In this document: positions 46,414 through 57,789 of the stretch, piece after piece | Layout of the letters: the number at the start of each line of letters is the position of its first letter | How positions within the stretch are numbered: the first letter of the stretch is position 1 | Assembly: GCA_963727805.1 (NCBI GenBank) | Contig: CAVSHF010000003.1 | Coordinates: forward strand, 1,696,001-1,760,000 | Source: an uncultured Nitrospiraceae bacterium | GTDB lineage: Bacteria > Nitrospirota > Thermodesulfovibrionia > Thermodesulfovibrionales > Dissulfurispiraceae | DNA length: 64,000 bases | Direction of reading: 5' to 3' | Notes under the pieces: model-generated | Databases searched by the model: none | What the model saw: the letters and a program-made list of their open reading frames with translations, nothing else | Told to the model about the DNA's origin: nothing | Made by a program: the position numbers and the translations under genes

Positions 46414-49400
46414 TCACCTCTGAAGCGAGGTACTCAATTCAATTAATAATTTTTCCACTGCATACATCGATTCTTCGGATGGCATGCCTTGTGTACTGAA
46501 TTCGAATCCGTCCTGTAGAAAGAGTAATCGCCTGCCTTTTTTTAAATTCCTCTGGATCTCGAAAAGTGCCCTGAGCACCCTGTCGGCAAAGTCTTCGGGC
46601 AATTGATATTTTCTGCCGCTTTCATCCTTTCCGACGGTGAAGCGATAACGGCCGTCAATAGCCATAACCTTTCCGATAAAAAGTAGCTTTGCAAGCATTT
46701 TTATCCTGATCACATGAATCAGCCTCTGCACTTCTTCTGGCATCACGCCAAAGCGATCAGTCATCTCCGCGCTAAAATCGTCAAGCTCTTCGAGAGATTT
46801 TATCGAGGTGAGGCGCTTATACATGCTCAGCCTGAGCGCCATATCGGATATATACTCCTCGGGAATAAAGGCGGCGAGGCGAAGCTTTATCTGCGGTTCG
46901 ATCTCCTCCTGTATTTCTTCACCCTTCAGTTCCGCGACGGCCTTTTCGAGCATCTCCAGATACATGTCGAAACCGACCTTGTATATATGACCCGACTGCT
47001 CCCCGCCGAGTAGATTGCCGGCGCCCCGTATTTCAAGGTCCTTTAACGCGAGCCTGAAACCAGCCCCCAGATAGCTCATCTCCTGGATCGCCTGAAGCCT
47101 CTTTTTCGCGTCATCGGTGAGGATATCCTCTCCTGGGATCAGAAAGTAGGCATAGGCCTGGATAGCGCCTCTCCCTACCCGGCCCCTCAACTGATAAAGG
47201 TCAGACAGGCCGAAGGTATCGGCTCGATCGATTATGATGGTGTTTGCCGTAGGGATATCAAGGCCGGAACCGATGATGGCCGTTGAAACCAGCACATCGA
47301 TCTGCCTGTCGAGAAATGCAAGCATGATATTTTCGAGCTGGTGTTCCGCCATCTGTCCGTGGGCATAAGAAGTCCTCGCCTCCGGGACCAGCTTTTTGAC
47401 ATATGACACGACCCTTTCGATGTCTCGTATTCTGTTGTGGACAAAAAAGACCTGCCCTTCGCGTTTCAGCTCCCGCTCGATTGCTTCCCTGATCGTCCTG
47501 TCGTTGTGGCGAGTGACAACGCTCCGCACTGCAAGCCTTTCTTCGGGAGGCGTCTCAATAGTTGACATTTCGCGTATACCAGATAGTGACATGTGAAGAG
47601 TCCGCGGTATTGGCGTCGCAGTAAGCGTAATGATATCGACACCCTTTCTAAGCTCCTTTAGACGCTCCTTCTGGGCCACGCCGAAACGGTGCTCTTCATC
47701 GATGATGAGGAGTCCTAAGTCTTGGAAATGAATCGTTTTGTTGAGCAGCATGTGGGTGCCGATAATGATGTCAATCTGCCCTTTTGCTAAAGCCGCGATA
47801 CTCCTTTTCACCCCTCCCGAATCCTTGAAGCGGCTGAGATAATCAATCTTGACCGGGAAAGCTGCGAACCTCGACCTGAAGGTGCGGTAATGCTGCTCCG
47901 CAAGCAGTGTTGTGGGCACCAGGACAGCCACCTGCTTGCCGTCATAGACCGCCCTGAACGCGGCTTTTATCGCCACTTCGGTCTTGCCGTATCCGACGTC
48001 GCCGCAGATAAGCATATCCATTGGCTGGTCGGATTGCATATGCTTCTTGATCGCATCAACGGCCTTTATCTGGTCTTCGGTTTCCTCATAGGGGAAGAAG
48101 TCGTCGAATTCCACATGTAGCGGTGTATCCTCACTAAAGACATATCCCCGTGATACCTTTCTTTCCGCATAGAGCTTAAGAAGTTTGTCGGTCATCTCCA
48201 TGACGCTCTTCTTCACCTTCTGCTTCGTCGTCTGCCATCTTTTCCCGCCGATCCTATCAAGGGCAGGGACATGGTCTTCGCCCGCGCTGTATTTCTTTAG
48301 CTTTTCGATGCCCTGAAAAGGCAGGTAGAGCCTGTCTCCGCCAGCATATTCGAGCGTGATAAGGTCTTGCTCGTAATCCTCTATCTTCTCTCGCTGGAGT
48401 CCAATGAACTTCCCAATACCATGGTCTCTGTGGACGACAAAGTCTCCGGGTTTAAGATCGTCGATAGTCAGCAGAAGCCTTGAAAGCCTTGATTTCCTGA
48501 TCGGCCTGTAGGCGGGTTGCTCCCCGAAGATCTCCCTGCCAGAAAGCAACAGCAACTCCGGAAGGTGCATACCCCCCGAAAGCGCTCCATGAGTGAGGCA
48601 AAGAACACCTTCATACGAACACACAACCTTGCTGTCGATAAAAGGGGCAATGAGACTTATTCCCGCGAGCAGATCCCTGAGCCTGTCAATCTGCCCCATC
48701 GATGCCAGTACGATGACCACTTTCTTATTCATTTTATTCATCCGCGATAGAGCATCTGCAATATCATCTACAGACCGCCTTTCTTCGGGCAGGATGCCTA
48801 GTCCCGCCATCGGTATCGCACCCGCATCGATACCTTCGCCGGCTAGGGCATAGTGGGAAAAAACAGTGAGCAATCCGTCGCTTCCCCGCAGTCTACGGTG
48901 AGGGTGGGTAGGGGTACCCTCTTCTGTGAGCCCGGGCGCGATCTTTCCGTTCACAAAGACTGTGGCTTCGGGCATCAGCATAATCACTGAATTTGCGAAA
49001 TCGATGCCACCATCTTCCTTTTCTGGCAAAGTTTCGAAAGCCGGATAAATCGTCAGTTCCTTCATCCTTTTTACCGACCGTTGCGTTTCAATATCGAAGG
49101 TCCTGATCAAATCTATCTCGTCGCCAAAGAATTCGACCCTGACCGGCAGGTCTTCAGTCACAGGATAGATATCGAAAAGCCAGCCCCTCTCGGCATATTC
49201 GCCCTTTTCCATAACGATATTCACCTTCCGGTAGCCGAGGTCCTCGAGCATCATCTTCATCAACTCCCGGTCGATCGAGAGTCCTTTGGAGATGTCAAAG
49301 GCTTCTTGCGCAAGAAGGCCAGTATTTAGAGCAGCAACTGAGGTAACAATGCGCTCTATCTTGCCCGAAGCAAGTTTATTGATTATCCGCGCCCTCTCGC

Positions 49401-49689
49401 CGATAAGTTCGGGGGAGGAAGGAGGGGGGAAATAATCGCAACGTGCGTCCTGCCGTCCACACACCGAGGCAAAATAGAACATATCATGACAGAGCAATTC
49501 CGCATGCTCAGGCGTGTCTTCTATTACTAATAAACGGCTATCGCAATGGAGCAGAAGTGCTGCAAGGTGAGGCACTTTAACATTGTAAATCCGCCTCTCA
49601 GCAGCGTCATCAAGCCGCTCAAAGACCTCTTGGGAATGTGTTGCAAGCAATCGTTGCAGGGTATTGTTGTGATTGAGAGAAGGAGTCAT
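46414..49689 (-). CDS. mfd: Transcription-repair coupling factor
   Basis: [54 protein letters not shown]. Confidence 0.97.
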   Translation of the reverse strand: MTPSLNHNNTLQRLLATHSQEVFERLDDAAERRIYNVKVPHLAALLLHCDSRLLVIEDTPEHAELLCHDMFYFASVCGRQDARCDYFPPPSSPELIGERARIINKLASGKIERIVTSVAALNTGLLAQEAFDISKGLSIDRELMKMMLEDLGYRKVNIVMEKGEYAERGWLFDIYPVTEDLPVRVEFFGDEIDLIRTFDIETQRSVKRMKELTIYPAFETLPEKEDGGIDFANSVIMLMPEATVFVNGKIAPGLTEEGTPTHPHRRLRGSDGLLTVFSHYALAGEGIDAGAIPMAGLGILPEERRSVDDIADALSRMNKMNKKVVIVLASMGQIDRLRDLLAGISLIAPFIDSKVVCSYEGVLCLTHGALSGGMHLPELLLLSGREIFGEQPAYRPIRKSRLSRLLLTIDDLKPGDFVVHRDHGIGKFIGLQREKIEDYEQDLITLEYAGGDRLYLPFQGIEKLKKYSAGEDHVPALDRIGGKRWQTTKQKVKKSVMEMTDKLLKLYAERKVSRGYVFSEDTPLHVEFDDFFPYEETEDQIKAVDAIKKHMQSDQPMDMLICGDVGYGKTEVAIKAAFRAVYDGKQVAVLVPTTLLAEQHYRTFRSRFAAFPVKIDYLSRFKDSGGVKRSIAALAKGQIDIIIGTHMLLNKTIHFQDLGLLIIDEEHRFGVAQKERLKELRKGVDIITLTATPIPRTLHMSLSGIREMSTIETPPEERLAVRSVVTRHNDRTIREAIERELKREGQVFFVHNRIRDIERVVSYVKKLVPEARTSYAHGQMAEHQLENIMLAFLDRQIDVLVSTAIIGSGLDIPTANTIIIDRADTFGLSDLYQLRGRVGRGAIQAYAYFLIPGEDILTDDAKKRLQAIQEMSYLGAGFRLALKDLEIRGAGNLLGGEQSGHIYKVGFDMYLEMLEKAVAELKGEEIQEEIEPQIKLRLAAFIPEEYISDMALRLSMYKRLTSIKSLEELDDFSAEMTDRFGVMPEEVQRLIHVIRIKMLAKLLFIGKVMAIDGRYRFTVGKDESGRKYQLPEDFADRVLRALFEIQRNLKKGRRLLFLQDGFEFSTQGMPSEESMYAVEKLLIELSTSLQR

Positions 49690-49720
49690 CGTCTCTTTAT
49701 TATAAACAATGCAAGGCACA

Positions 49721-49767
49721 TAATCCCTCCTCTATCCTCGCCTTATAAAAGGGGGGGAGTAGGATTA
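49721..49767. repeat. Intergenic REP-like imperfect palindrome
   Basis: taatccctcc...cctt-ataa-aagggggggagtaggatta between nifS and mfd. Confidence 0.5.
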
Positions 49768-49772
49768 ATACC

Positions 49773-50945
49773 CTAACACTTGATGGCTCGATCCTTGCCG
49801 TACGGGGAGAGCGTTCTCAACTCTTTAATTATGGGGGGCATAATCTCAATGACCTTCTCGATCTCTTCTTCAGTGTTGTAGCGGCTTAAAGAGAACCTTA
49901 TGGAGCCGTGGATTGCAGTATAAGGAATCCCCATTGCCCGCAACACATGGCTCGGCTCAAGGGCGCCTGAGGTGCAAGCAGAACCAGATGACGCGCAGAT
50001 ACCATATTCGTCGATTCTGAGTAATATGGCTTCTCCCTCGACATATTCGAAGCTGATGTTGGTCGTATTCGGAAGCCGGTGGACGGTGTCGCCGTTAACA
50101 CGGGGGTCTGGGCATTTTTCGAGGAGAGCCTTTTCCAGCTTGTCCCTCAATCGCGCCATATGAACCGCCTCTATCTCAAGGTTCTCAAGGGCGAGTTCAC
50201 AGGCCTTCCCGAAAGCGATAATACTTGGGACATTTTCGGTACCGGCTCTTCTGCCACGCTCCTGATGCCCTCCGATGAGATAAGGATAAAACCGCGTGCC
50301 CTTTCTCACGTACAACGCGCCAATACCTTTCGGTGCATGGAGCTTGTGGCCGGAAATGGACAGCATGTCCGTAGGAAGGCTCTTCACATTTATCGAGATC
50401 TTCCCCGCCGTCTGGACGGTATCGGTATGGAAGAGAATGTTTCTCTCTTTGAGTAGCGAGCCGATCTCTTCTATCGGGAAAATAACTCCAGTTTCGTTAT
50501 TGGCATGCATGATCGAAACAACCGCGGTATTGTCATCAAGCGTCTTCAAAAAATAATCCATGTCGAATAGTCCCTGATTGTCAACAGGTACAAAAGAGAC
50601 GCGGTAGCCCTTGCGTGCAAGATGCTTTGCAAAATTCAACACCGCTGGATGTTCGACCCTTGAGGTAATAATATGCTTTTTGCTTGGAAATGACTCCACG
50701 GCGCTCATGATAGCTGTATTGTCGCTTTCGGTGCCGCAACTCGTAAAGATAATCTCTTCAGGTTCAGCCCCAATAAGTGCGGCAACCTTTGCCCTTGCCT
50801 CTTCCACATTCCGGTGGAGTCGACCTCCGAAGATATGCATACTCGACGGATTACCATACAACTCATGGAGATAGGGAAGCAGGGCTTCGGCAACCTCTGG
50901 AGCCACTGCGGTTGTCGCATTATTGTCGAGATAGATAGGGTTCAT
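49773..50945 (-). CDS. nifS: Cysteine desulfurase NifS
   Basis: YLDNNATT, GNPSS, SGHKLHAPKG, SSGSACTS. Confidence 0.95.
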   Translation of the reverse strand: MNPIYLDNNATTAVAPEVAEALLPYLHELYGNPSSMHIFGGRLHRNVEEARAKVAALIGAEPEEIIFTSCGTESDNTAIMSAVESFPSKKHIITSRVEHPAVLNFAKHLARKGYRVSFVPVDNQGLFDMDYFLKTLDDNTAVVSIMHANNETGVIFPIEEIGSLLKERNILFHTDTVQTAGKISINVKSLPTDMLSISGHKLHAPKGIGALYVRKGTRFYPYLIGGHQERGRRAGTENVPSIIAFGKACELALENLEIEAVHMARLRDKLEKALLEKCPDPRVNGDTVHRLPNTTNISFEYVEGEAILLRIDEYGICASSGSACTSGALEPSHVLRAMGIPYTAIHGSIRFSLSRYNTEEEIEKVIEIMPPIIKELRTLSPYGKDRAIKC

Positions 50946-50951
50946 TTCTTG

Positions 50952-51782
50952 TTAGTGTGCCTCCACCACGATATCTTCGCTGATGAGTTCCTTGAGTTTC
51001 TGCTCGATGCTCTGGACTGTCACGCCCCCCATTGGGCATGAAACGCACATCGCGCGAAGGGCTATGATGACCTTGCTGCCTTCGACATCGAGGAGTTCAA
51101 GGTCGCCTCCATCGGCCTGGAGCTTGGGCCTTATCTCCCTTTCGAGCACGTCCTGGATCAGTGCGATCTTCTGAAGGTTTGTAAGCTTCTTATGCTCTTT
51201 GGGTTTCGGCACTTCTTTGAGTGCCCAAATGTCCTTGAGAATTGCCTCTATATCGGGAATGCATGTGCCGCAGCCCCCTCCAGCCTTTGTAAAATCAGAA
51301 ATCTCTTCAACGGTCATAAGATGGTTCTCGATGGCAACACGCCTTATCTTTTCTTCAGAGACGTCGAAGCACTTGCAGACAATCCGTTCCTCAGTCTCTG
51401 CAGGCTTTTGCTCTCCCTTGTAACTCGCTATGGCTGCTTCAAGCGCCTCTTGCCCCATGACGGAACAATGCATCTTCTCCTTCGGGAGTCCACCGAGGAA
51501 CTCGGCGATATCCTGATTCGTAATCTTCTCAGCCTCATCTAGGGTTTTCCCTTTGAGCAGCTCGGTGAGGGCAGAAGAACTCGCTATCGCGGATGCGCAG
51601 CCAAAGGTCTGGAATTTAGCGTCGATGATCTTCCCCGTGTCTTTGTCGATCTTAAGGGTAAGCCGCAGGGCATCTCCGCAGACGATGCTGCCCACTTCTC
51701 CGACAGCATCTGGATTTTCGACTTCACCGACATTCTTTGGATGAAGAAATAAGTCTCTAACTTTATCGGTATATTCCCACAT
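50952..51782 (-). CDS. nifU: Fe-S scaffold NifU
   Basis: CGDAL, FGCASAIAS, KMHCS, CKCF, GGGCGTC, DGGD, CVSC; start MWEYTDKV. Confidence 0.95.
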   Translation of the reverse strand: MWEYTDKVRDLFLHPKNVGEVENPDAVGEVGSIVCGDALRLTLKIDKDTGKIIDAKFQTFGCASAIASSSALTELLKGKTLDEAEKITNQDIAEFLGGLPKEKMHCSVMGQEALEAAIASYKGEQKPAETEERIVCKCFDVSEEKIRRVAIENHLMTVEEISDFTKAGGGCGTCIPDIEAILKDIWALKEVPKPKEHKKLTNLQKIALIQDVLEREIRPKLQADGGDLELLDVEGSKVIIALRAMCVSCPMGGVTVQSIEQKLKELISEDIVVEAH

Positions 51783-51942
51783 GCATTCATTTTTACATAA
51801 AGACCAGCTTCTGTTCAATAAATATTTGAAGCATCGGGGTTATTTTCGCAGGAAGACAGATTGTGTAATCACATGACATTGACAACATTGAAGATCAAAA
51901 ATTAACCTAGTTGCAGTGCATTTCACTTTGTAAGGAGTCTCT

Positions 51943-52725
51943 TTGAAAGAGCTTATCCCTTTTAATAACGGATCATATAGAACGAAAACAGTTAGGACAT
52001 CCCTTTTTGCCCGTCTCTTTCCTGAAATAGATTTTTACTCAAATCTCACGAGGATCGTCTTCAGATCAAGCTCGCAGGCCAAACATGGCCGTTACGGAAA
52101 TGAAGAGTGGGCCACAAGCAGTCGTGAAGTGATGCAGATGCTTGAAAACGTGGGGATCACCTTCAATGTCACAGGAATAGATAATTTCAGCGGCCTTGCG
52201 GGTCCTTGCGTTTTTATCGGCAATCACATGAGCGCACTTGAGACCTTTGCCCTGCCCTGCATAATCGAACCGATTAAGGATGTGACCTTTGTGGTGAAGC
52301 AGAGTCTCATCGATTATCCTATTTTCAGATATGTCATGCGGTCGAGGAATCCAATCGTTGTCGGCCGCACCAATCCCCGGGATGACCTGAGGGCCGTGCT
52401 CGAAGGGGGGGCGCAGATTTTATCTGGCGGCAGATCACTCGTCATCTTCCCGCAAACGACAAGAACGCCAGTCTTCGATCCGAAGGAGTTCAATACCATC
52501 GGCATTAAACTCGCGAAGAGGGCCAACGTGCCGGTCGTACCAATTGCACTCAAGACCGATGCATGGGGAAACGGCAACATGCTGAAGGATTTCGGTACAA
52601 TAGACCCGTCGAATAAAGTCTATTTCAGTTTCGGCAAACCGATGCCAATCAAGGAAAGGGGCGTCGAAGAGCATAATGCGATCATCACTTTTATCGAGGA
52701 ACATTTGAAAGAGTGGAACTCGTAG
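51943..52725 (+). CDS. Lysophospholipid acyltransferase (PlsC family)
   Basis: NHMSALET, FVVKQSL, IFPQTTR. Confidence 0.88.
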   Translation: MKELIPFNNGSYRTKTVRTSLFARLFPEIDFYSNLTRIVFRSSSQAKHGRYGNEEWATSSREVMQMLENVGITFNVTGIDNFSGLAGPCVFIGNHMSALETFALPCIIEPIKDVTFVVKQSLIDYPIFRYVMRSRNPIVVGRTNPRDDLRAVLEGGAQILSGGRSLVIFPQTTRTPVFDPKEFNTIGIKLAKRANVPVVPIALKTDAWGNGNMLKDFGTIDPSNKVYFSFGKPMPIKERGVEEHNAIITFIEEHLKEWNS

Positions 52726-52734
52726 CGGGTACCT

Positions 52735-53955
52735 TTACGAGAAGATCACCATTAATATACGATCGATATCCTTTAGCGTATCAATCATCCCCGCTGCTTC
52801 AGCAGGCATGAGTTCATCGGCTTTAAGCTCCGAGATAATTCTAGATAGCCCGTCGACGGCGCCTTTGACATCCAGGTCATTATCCATATTATCGACAAAC
52901 GTCTTTTTCAGCATGGCGACTATCTTCCCTTCGACCGGCGCTGAGCGCCTCGCATGTTTCCTGATCGTTTCGACTAGTTCTTTGAACTCCCTCAGCTTCC
53001 TGGCAGCTGCTTCCACGCCCTCGGCTGAAAAGTTCATTTCACTCCGGTAACGACCGTAAATAAGTAAAAACCGTATCTCTTCAACCGAATACCCCTGCGA
53101 CAAAAGGGTATCAACATAAACAATATTCCCTTTACTCTTCGACATTTTCTGCCCATTCACGAGTAAGTGATGCCCATGGAGCCAATATCGCGCCATCGGG
53201 AAAGGCCTTATCGATTCCAGAATCGCGAGGGTGTAATCGTGGTGCCGGTAAAGATTGTCGATGCCGCCGCAATAGATCGAGAGTGTCTCACTGAAATAAT
53301 CGACGATCATGCTTGGGTCCTGGATATTCCACGAGGGCCTGCCTTTGCCGATCTTCGTGTCCCAATAGACCTCGTCCCCGTCTTTGTATCCATGCCACAG
53401 GATGAAATCCCCGAGGTTCCATTGGATGCCTGGGTAGGTATCTTTGTGGTATCTCCTCTTGCTCTTCGGCCATTTGGACATGTCGAGTCCGAAGAGTTTC
53501 CCGAACCCCTCGAACTTCAGAGGGTCGAAATAAACATTTCCGTGATACCAGTAGGCGATATCGCGTTCGAGCAGGTCCCGAATTATACCTACGGCCTGAT
53601 CGACATGGTCCGAAGCCCTCGGCATAAGGTCTGGCACCTTTACTTTCAGGAGCTTCATTTCACCGACAAACTTTTTGATATTTCTGTCTGTGAGCTTCCG
53701 AACGCTGACGGATTCCTTCTTCGCCTCGCTCATCACCTTGTCCTCAACATCGGTGATGTTCATGCCACGCTTGACGCTATAGCCTAGATATCCGAGATAG
53801 CGGACGAGTATATCTTCGAAAAGAAAAGTCCTCATATTGCCGATATGGGCGCGCTGGTATACCGATGGGCCACAGGTAAAAATACTGACCAAGTCAGGGT
53901 CGACCGGTTTGAAGGTCTCAATCTTTTTCCCAAAGGTATTGAAGAGCTTAAGCAT
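52735..53955 (-). CDS. Cysteinyl-tRNA-synthetase paralogue with altered Zn site and no anticodon-binding domain
   Basis: CGPSVY, HIGN, NITDVEDK, DFILW, GRPSWNIQD, RHHDYT, KMSKS; 406 aa, ends after the DALR-like helices. Confidence 0.85.
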   Translation of the reverse strand: MLKLFNTFGKKIETFKPVDPDLVSIFTCGPSVYQRAHIGNMRTFLFEDILVRYLGYLGYSVKRGMNITDVEDKVMSEAKKESVSVRKLTDRNIKKFVGEMKLLKVKVPDLMPRASDHVDQAVGIIRDLLERDIAYWYHGNVYFDPLKFEGFGKLFGLDMSKWPKSKRRYHKDTYPGIQWNLGDFILWHGYKDGDEVYWDTKIGKGRPSWNIQDPSMIVDYFSETLSIYCGGIDNLYRHHDYTLAILESIRPFPMARYWLHGHHLLVNGQKMSKSKGNIVYVDTLLSQGYSVEEIRFLLIYGRYRSEMNFSAEGVEAAARKLREFKELVETIRKHARRSAPVEGKIVAMLKKTFVDNMDNDLDVKGAVDGLSRIISELKADELMPAEAAGMIDTLKDIDRILMVIFS

Positions 53956-54029
53956 TGAGGTCTCCTGTCCTAATAAAAAAGCTATCTTTCTAATTTACCT
54001 CATTACACTAAAAAACAGAAGTCGGCGGC

Positions 54030-55391
54030 TCACCCCACCCTTACTTCTTTCCACTTGCCACCATGAAATCTCTTCGCCATGAGTACCCCCTGGATGACCA
54101 TCGAAACCACCATCGCTATCCAGACACCAGTTGCCCCATAGCCGAGCATAAGCGCGAAGATATACGCCAGAGGAAGCCTGATTAGCCACATGGCGGTTCC
54201 CACGACCCACATTGTTCCCCGCGTGTCCCCTGCTCCCTGCAACCCACCTCCGAGCACGACGCTCAGGGCCATGAAGGGCTCCGAAAGCATGTTAAATCTC
54301 AGGTATCTGACAGTTTCGGCTAGAACCGCAGGATTGTCCGTGAAGGCGGCGGCAATCCGCTCCGCCAAGATGAATATGACAAGTGCCATGGAACTCATTA
54401 GAACGACCCCAGTCATGCCGATCTTCCATCCAACCTTTTCAGCCCTCTGAGGATTACCGGCGCCCAAGTTCTGGCCGATCAGCACCGATGCAGCCATATT
54501 GAGTGCAAAGGCTGGAAGAAAGATAACCCCTTCGATCCTGAATCCATTGGTGATGGCCGCGAGGGCTGTAATGGATGCATCCCCCAGCCTGCTGAGGACA
54601 TTGTAGAGAACAATGCTCCCGGCATTCCATGCAATTTGGAGCAGGGCAGCCGGCCAGCTTATAATCAGCATTTTTTTGATAAGCTCGGCGGAAAGCGTCC
54701 ACGGGCGCTTATAGATTCCTGCCCAACTTCCGAACCTGAAAAACAGAAGATTCATCACCATCCCGACCATTACGGAGAGTGCAGATGCGACCGCTATCCC
54801 GATATAGCCGAGCTTCGGAAAAGGGAAGACGCCGAAGACAAGGAGAAAGTTTAACACTATGTTGATGGCACTGACAGCAGTCATCGTAAGAAGAGGCTTC
54901 TTCACTTCGCCGCATGCCCTGAATATAGAATTAGAAATGATGAGAAGGTAATTGGCCCCGAGGGCCAGAGCATAGACCTGAAGAAAGTGCCCCGCCATAC
55001 TCCTGATCTCACGAGGAAAGCCAGTAAGATCGACGATCTCTTCATACAGAACAAGACCGGAAACCATCACAGCCACAGCAACGATGACGCCGAACATCAT
55101 TGCTTGACGGGCAATCTCGACCGCCTTCCCGGAATCTCCGGCCCCGACAGCTCTTGAGACAAGGGAGAGGCTGCCGATGCTGACTGCGTTGGCGATGATG
55201 ATCGTAAGAAATAATATCTGGCTGACAAATCCGACAGCCGCCTGGACCTCGGGGCCGATAAGGCCTGCAACATAGACGTCCACAACCCCGACAAGAAAAT
55301 TCAGAAGCATGATGATGAGCATCGGCCACGACATGTACCAGATATTGGCCCAAATGTTCCCTATGGTAAGATCGACTGGTTCATCCTGCAT
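54030..55391 (-). CDS. MATE-family efflux transporter
   Basis: About 12 TM helices; LIGQNLGAG, LQGAGDT, GVWIAM. Confidence 0.93.
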   Translation of the reverse strand: MQDEPVDLTIGNIWANIWYMSWPMLIIMLLNFLVGVVDVYVAGLIGPEVQAAVGFVSQILFLTIIIANAVSIGSLSLVSRAVGAGDSGKAVEIARQAMMFGVIVAVAVMVSGLVLYEEIVDLTGFPREIRSMAGHFLQVYALALGANYLLIISNSIFRACGEVKKPLLTMTAVSAINIVLNFLLVFGVFPFPKLGYIGIAVASALSVMVGMVMNLLFFRFGSWAGIYKRPWTLSAELIKKMLIISWPAALLQIAWNAGSIVLYNVLSRLGDASITALAAITNGFRIEGVIFLPAFALNMAASVLIGQNLGAGNPQRAEKVGWKIGMTGVVLMSSMALVIFILAERIAAAFTDNPAVLAETVRYLRFNMLSEPFMALSVVLGGGLQGAGDTRGTMWVVGTAMWLIRLPLAYIFALMLGYGATGVWIAMVVSMVIQGVLMAKRFHGGKWKEVRVG

Positions 55392-55727
55392 AGCTGCCGC
55401 ACACTCCCGGAATCCGTCTCTATCAGATTATTCTACACGAAATCGCAGACTGGCTACTTGTGACATAATTTTTATTTGTCAAGGATTTCGGGAGGGTGTT
55501 TCATGTCCACCGGGAGGACGATTTTAAGGGAGCGCCCTTTTCTTCTCGCGAATCCGATGATTGAAAGCAATAGGTCAAAAGTCAGGCGTGTTAATCGGGT
55601 TGACAAAGGCCGCGGTTACTTTTTATCATAAACTTCACGGCAATCGGTTACCGTCATGAGCGTCTATGCCGATCAACAAGGTATAGACGCTATTTTTAGT
55701 CATTACGAAAGGACAATAAGGACCCTT

Positions 55728-56153
55728 ATGGACCAAAAAAGCGCCGGACTCAATATTACGATTTTTTTTTGCCAGCAATTAGACCCGAACCAGGAGGTCA
55801 ACAGGCGCGCCCTTGAAAGGGAGCTTGGTAAGCAGATCCGGTTTTTCCCCCTGCCGTGCAGCGGACGCATCGATTCTCTTCACCTCATGCGTGCCCTCGA
55901 ATCGGGGGCTGATAAGGTATATGTTGTCACCTGTCCCGAAGGGGCATGCCATTATCGTGAAGGGAATTTACGTGCCAAAAAGCGCCTTGCCTATACCCAG
56001 GGATTGATCGAAGAAGTAGGCCTTGAGCGTGAACGTTTAGAGTTGATTGTCGCTCCTGCGGGAACCTCTTTGACCGTCGATGAGTTGGCGAGGGGGATCC
56101 TTGCCCGAAATGCCTCAATCGGCCCCTCTCCTGTGCGTGGGAAACAGGCTTGA
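55728..56153 (+). CDS. mvhD: MvhD/FlpD-type [2Fe-2S] subunit
   Basis: FFC, PCSGR, GADKV, CPEGACHYREGN, GLERERL; ATG at 55728 preferred over 55656. Confidence 0.85.
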   Translation: MDQKSAGLNITIFFCQQLDPNQEVNRRALERELGKQIRFFPLPCSGRIDSLHLMRALESGADKVYVVTCPEGACHYREGNLRAKKRLAYTQGLIEEVGLERERLELIVAPAGTSLTVDELARGILARNASIGPSPVRGKQA

Positions 56154-56187
56154 AGATAAAAACGGCTGATGATAAAGGAGTAAGAGC

Positions 56188-56856
56188 ATGATAACTGCTG
56201 AAAGAAAACCTCTATCAGAGATCAAAGAGATGATAGCACCTTACAAAAAGATATTGGTCGTAGGCTGCGGGTCCTGTGTGGCTGAGTGTGCATCGGGTGG
56301 AGAAAAAGAGGTCGGGCTCCTCTCCTCCGCACTCCGTATGGATGCAAAGGCATCAGGGAAGGAGATAGAAGTAAAAGAGATGACCCTGGACCGCCAGTGT
56401 GTCTATGAGTTCATCGACCTTTTGACAGACGTGATAGGCCAGTACGACATTATCCTCTCTCTCGCCTGCGGTGCAGGCGTACAGGCCGTTGCAGAGGTAT
56501 TCCCCAAGGTCCATATTGTCCCTGCCCTTAATACAACATTTCTCGGAGAGACAAAAGAGGCAGGCCTCTGGATAGAGAACTGCCGGGGCTGCGGTGACTG
56601 CAAGCTCGGGGTTTTCGCTGCTGTTTGCCCTGTTACACGTTGCGCTAAAGGACTTTTTAATGGTCCCTGCGGCGGCTCCAGGACAGACCGCTGCGAGGTG
56701 GATCCCGATGTACCCTGCGCATGGCAGCTGATTGTCTCGAGACTCGAAGACAGGGGGCGTCTTGACCTCCTGCGAAAGGTGCATCCCCCTGCGGATTGGT
56801 CAAAACAGCAGGGGAAAGGACCGAGGAGAATTTACAGGGAGGACCAGAGAGCGTGA
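56188..56856 (+). CDS. metV: MetV (MTHFR-associated Fe-S/Zn subunit)
   Basis: MITAERKP, GCGSC, CRGCGDC, CPVTRCAKGLFNGPCGG, CAW. Confidence 0.92.
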   Translation: MITAERKPLSEIKEMIAPYKKILVVGCGSCVAECASGGEKEVGLLSSALRMDAKASGKEIEVKEMTLDRQCVYEFIDLLTDVIGQYDIILSLACGAGVQAVAEVFPKVHIVPALNTTFLGETKEAGLWIENCRGCGDCKLGVFAAVCPVTRCAKGLFNGPCGGSRTDRCEVDPDVPCAWQLIVSRLEDRGRLDLLRKVHPPADWSKQQGKGPRRIYREDQRA

Positions 56857-57776
56857 TGACTGAAAGCCGGCTAAAAAAGGTTTTACATAGTGGAAAATTT
56901 GCCGTTACCGCTGAATGCGGCCCTCCCAAAGGGGCAGACCCCGAAGTCGTGAAGAGCAAAGGAAGGATTCTTAAGGGTTATGTCGACAGCGTAAACGTTA
57001 CAGATAATCAGACTGGGGTGGTCCGTCTTTGCAGTCTTGCTGCATGTGCTATGCTCAATGCGGAAGGGCTTGACTCCGTGCTACAGATGGTCACCCGTGA
57101 CCGCAACCGCATCGCACTCCAGTCGGACGTCCTGGGAGCCTCTGCCCTGGGCATACGCAATATTCTCTGTCTCTCCGGCGATCACCAGACCTTTGGCAAC
57201 CAGCCTCAGGCAAAAGGCGTCTTTGACATCGACTCTATTCAGTTGCTACAGACCGTGCGTAATATGAGAGATGCCGGCGAAGTCATCGGCGGGGAAAAAC
57301 TGAGTATGCCGCCTTATATGTTTATCGGGGCCGCAGCAAATCCCTTTGCCGATCCTTTCAAATACCGAGCTGCCCGTCTCGCTACAAAAGTGGATGCTGG
57401 TGCGGAGTTCATACAGACCCAGTGCATTTACAACCTCAACCGCTTCAAGGAATGGATGGACCTCGTAAAAGACTATGGGATGGATAATAAAGTTTTCATA
57501 CTCGGTGGGATTACTCCGCTTAAATCTGCCCGCATGGCAGAGTACATGGCAAAGAATGTTGCCGGCATGGATGTGCCCGAGGAGATCATCAACAGAATGA
57601 AATCGGTCCCCGCAAAAGAACAGCGGCAGGAAGGAATCAAGATAGCCGTAGAAACCATCCAGGCGCTTCAGGCAATGGAAGGTGTCCGCGGGGTCCATAT
57701 CATGGCAATCGAGTGGGAAGAGGTAGTTCCCCAAATAGTTCAAGAGGCTAAACTTTTCCCCAGGCCTCAGGTTTGA
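56853..57776 (+). CDS. metF: Methylene-THF reductase MetF
   Basis: VTAECGPPKG, NVTDNQ, RDRNRIALQSD, LSGDH, FIQTQ, GVHIMAI. Confidence 0.93.
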   Translation: MMTESRLKKVLHSGKFAVTAECGPPKGADPEVVKSKGRILKGYVDSVNVTDNQTGVVRLCSLAACAMLNAEGLDSVLQMVTRDRNRIALQSDVLGASALGIRNILCLSGDHQTFGNQPQAKGVFDIDSIQLLQTVRNMRDAGEVIGGEKLSMPPYMFIGAAANPFADPFKYRAARLATKVDAGAEFIQTQCIYNLNRFKEWMDLVKDYGMDNKVFILGGITPLKSARMAEYMAKNVAGMDVPEEIINRMKSVPAKEQRQEGIKIAVETIQALQAMEGVRGVHIMAIEWEEVVPQIVQEAKLFPRPQV

Positions 57777-57789
57777 GAGGAGTTAGCAT

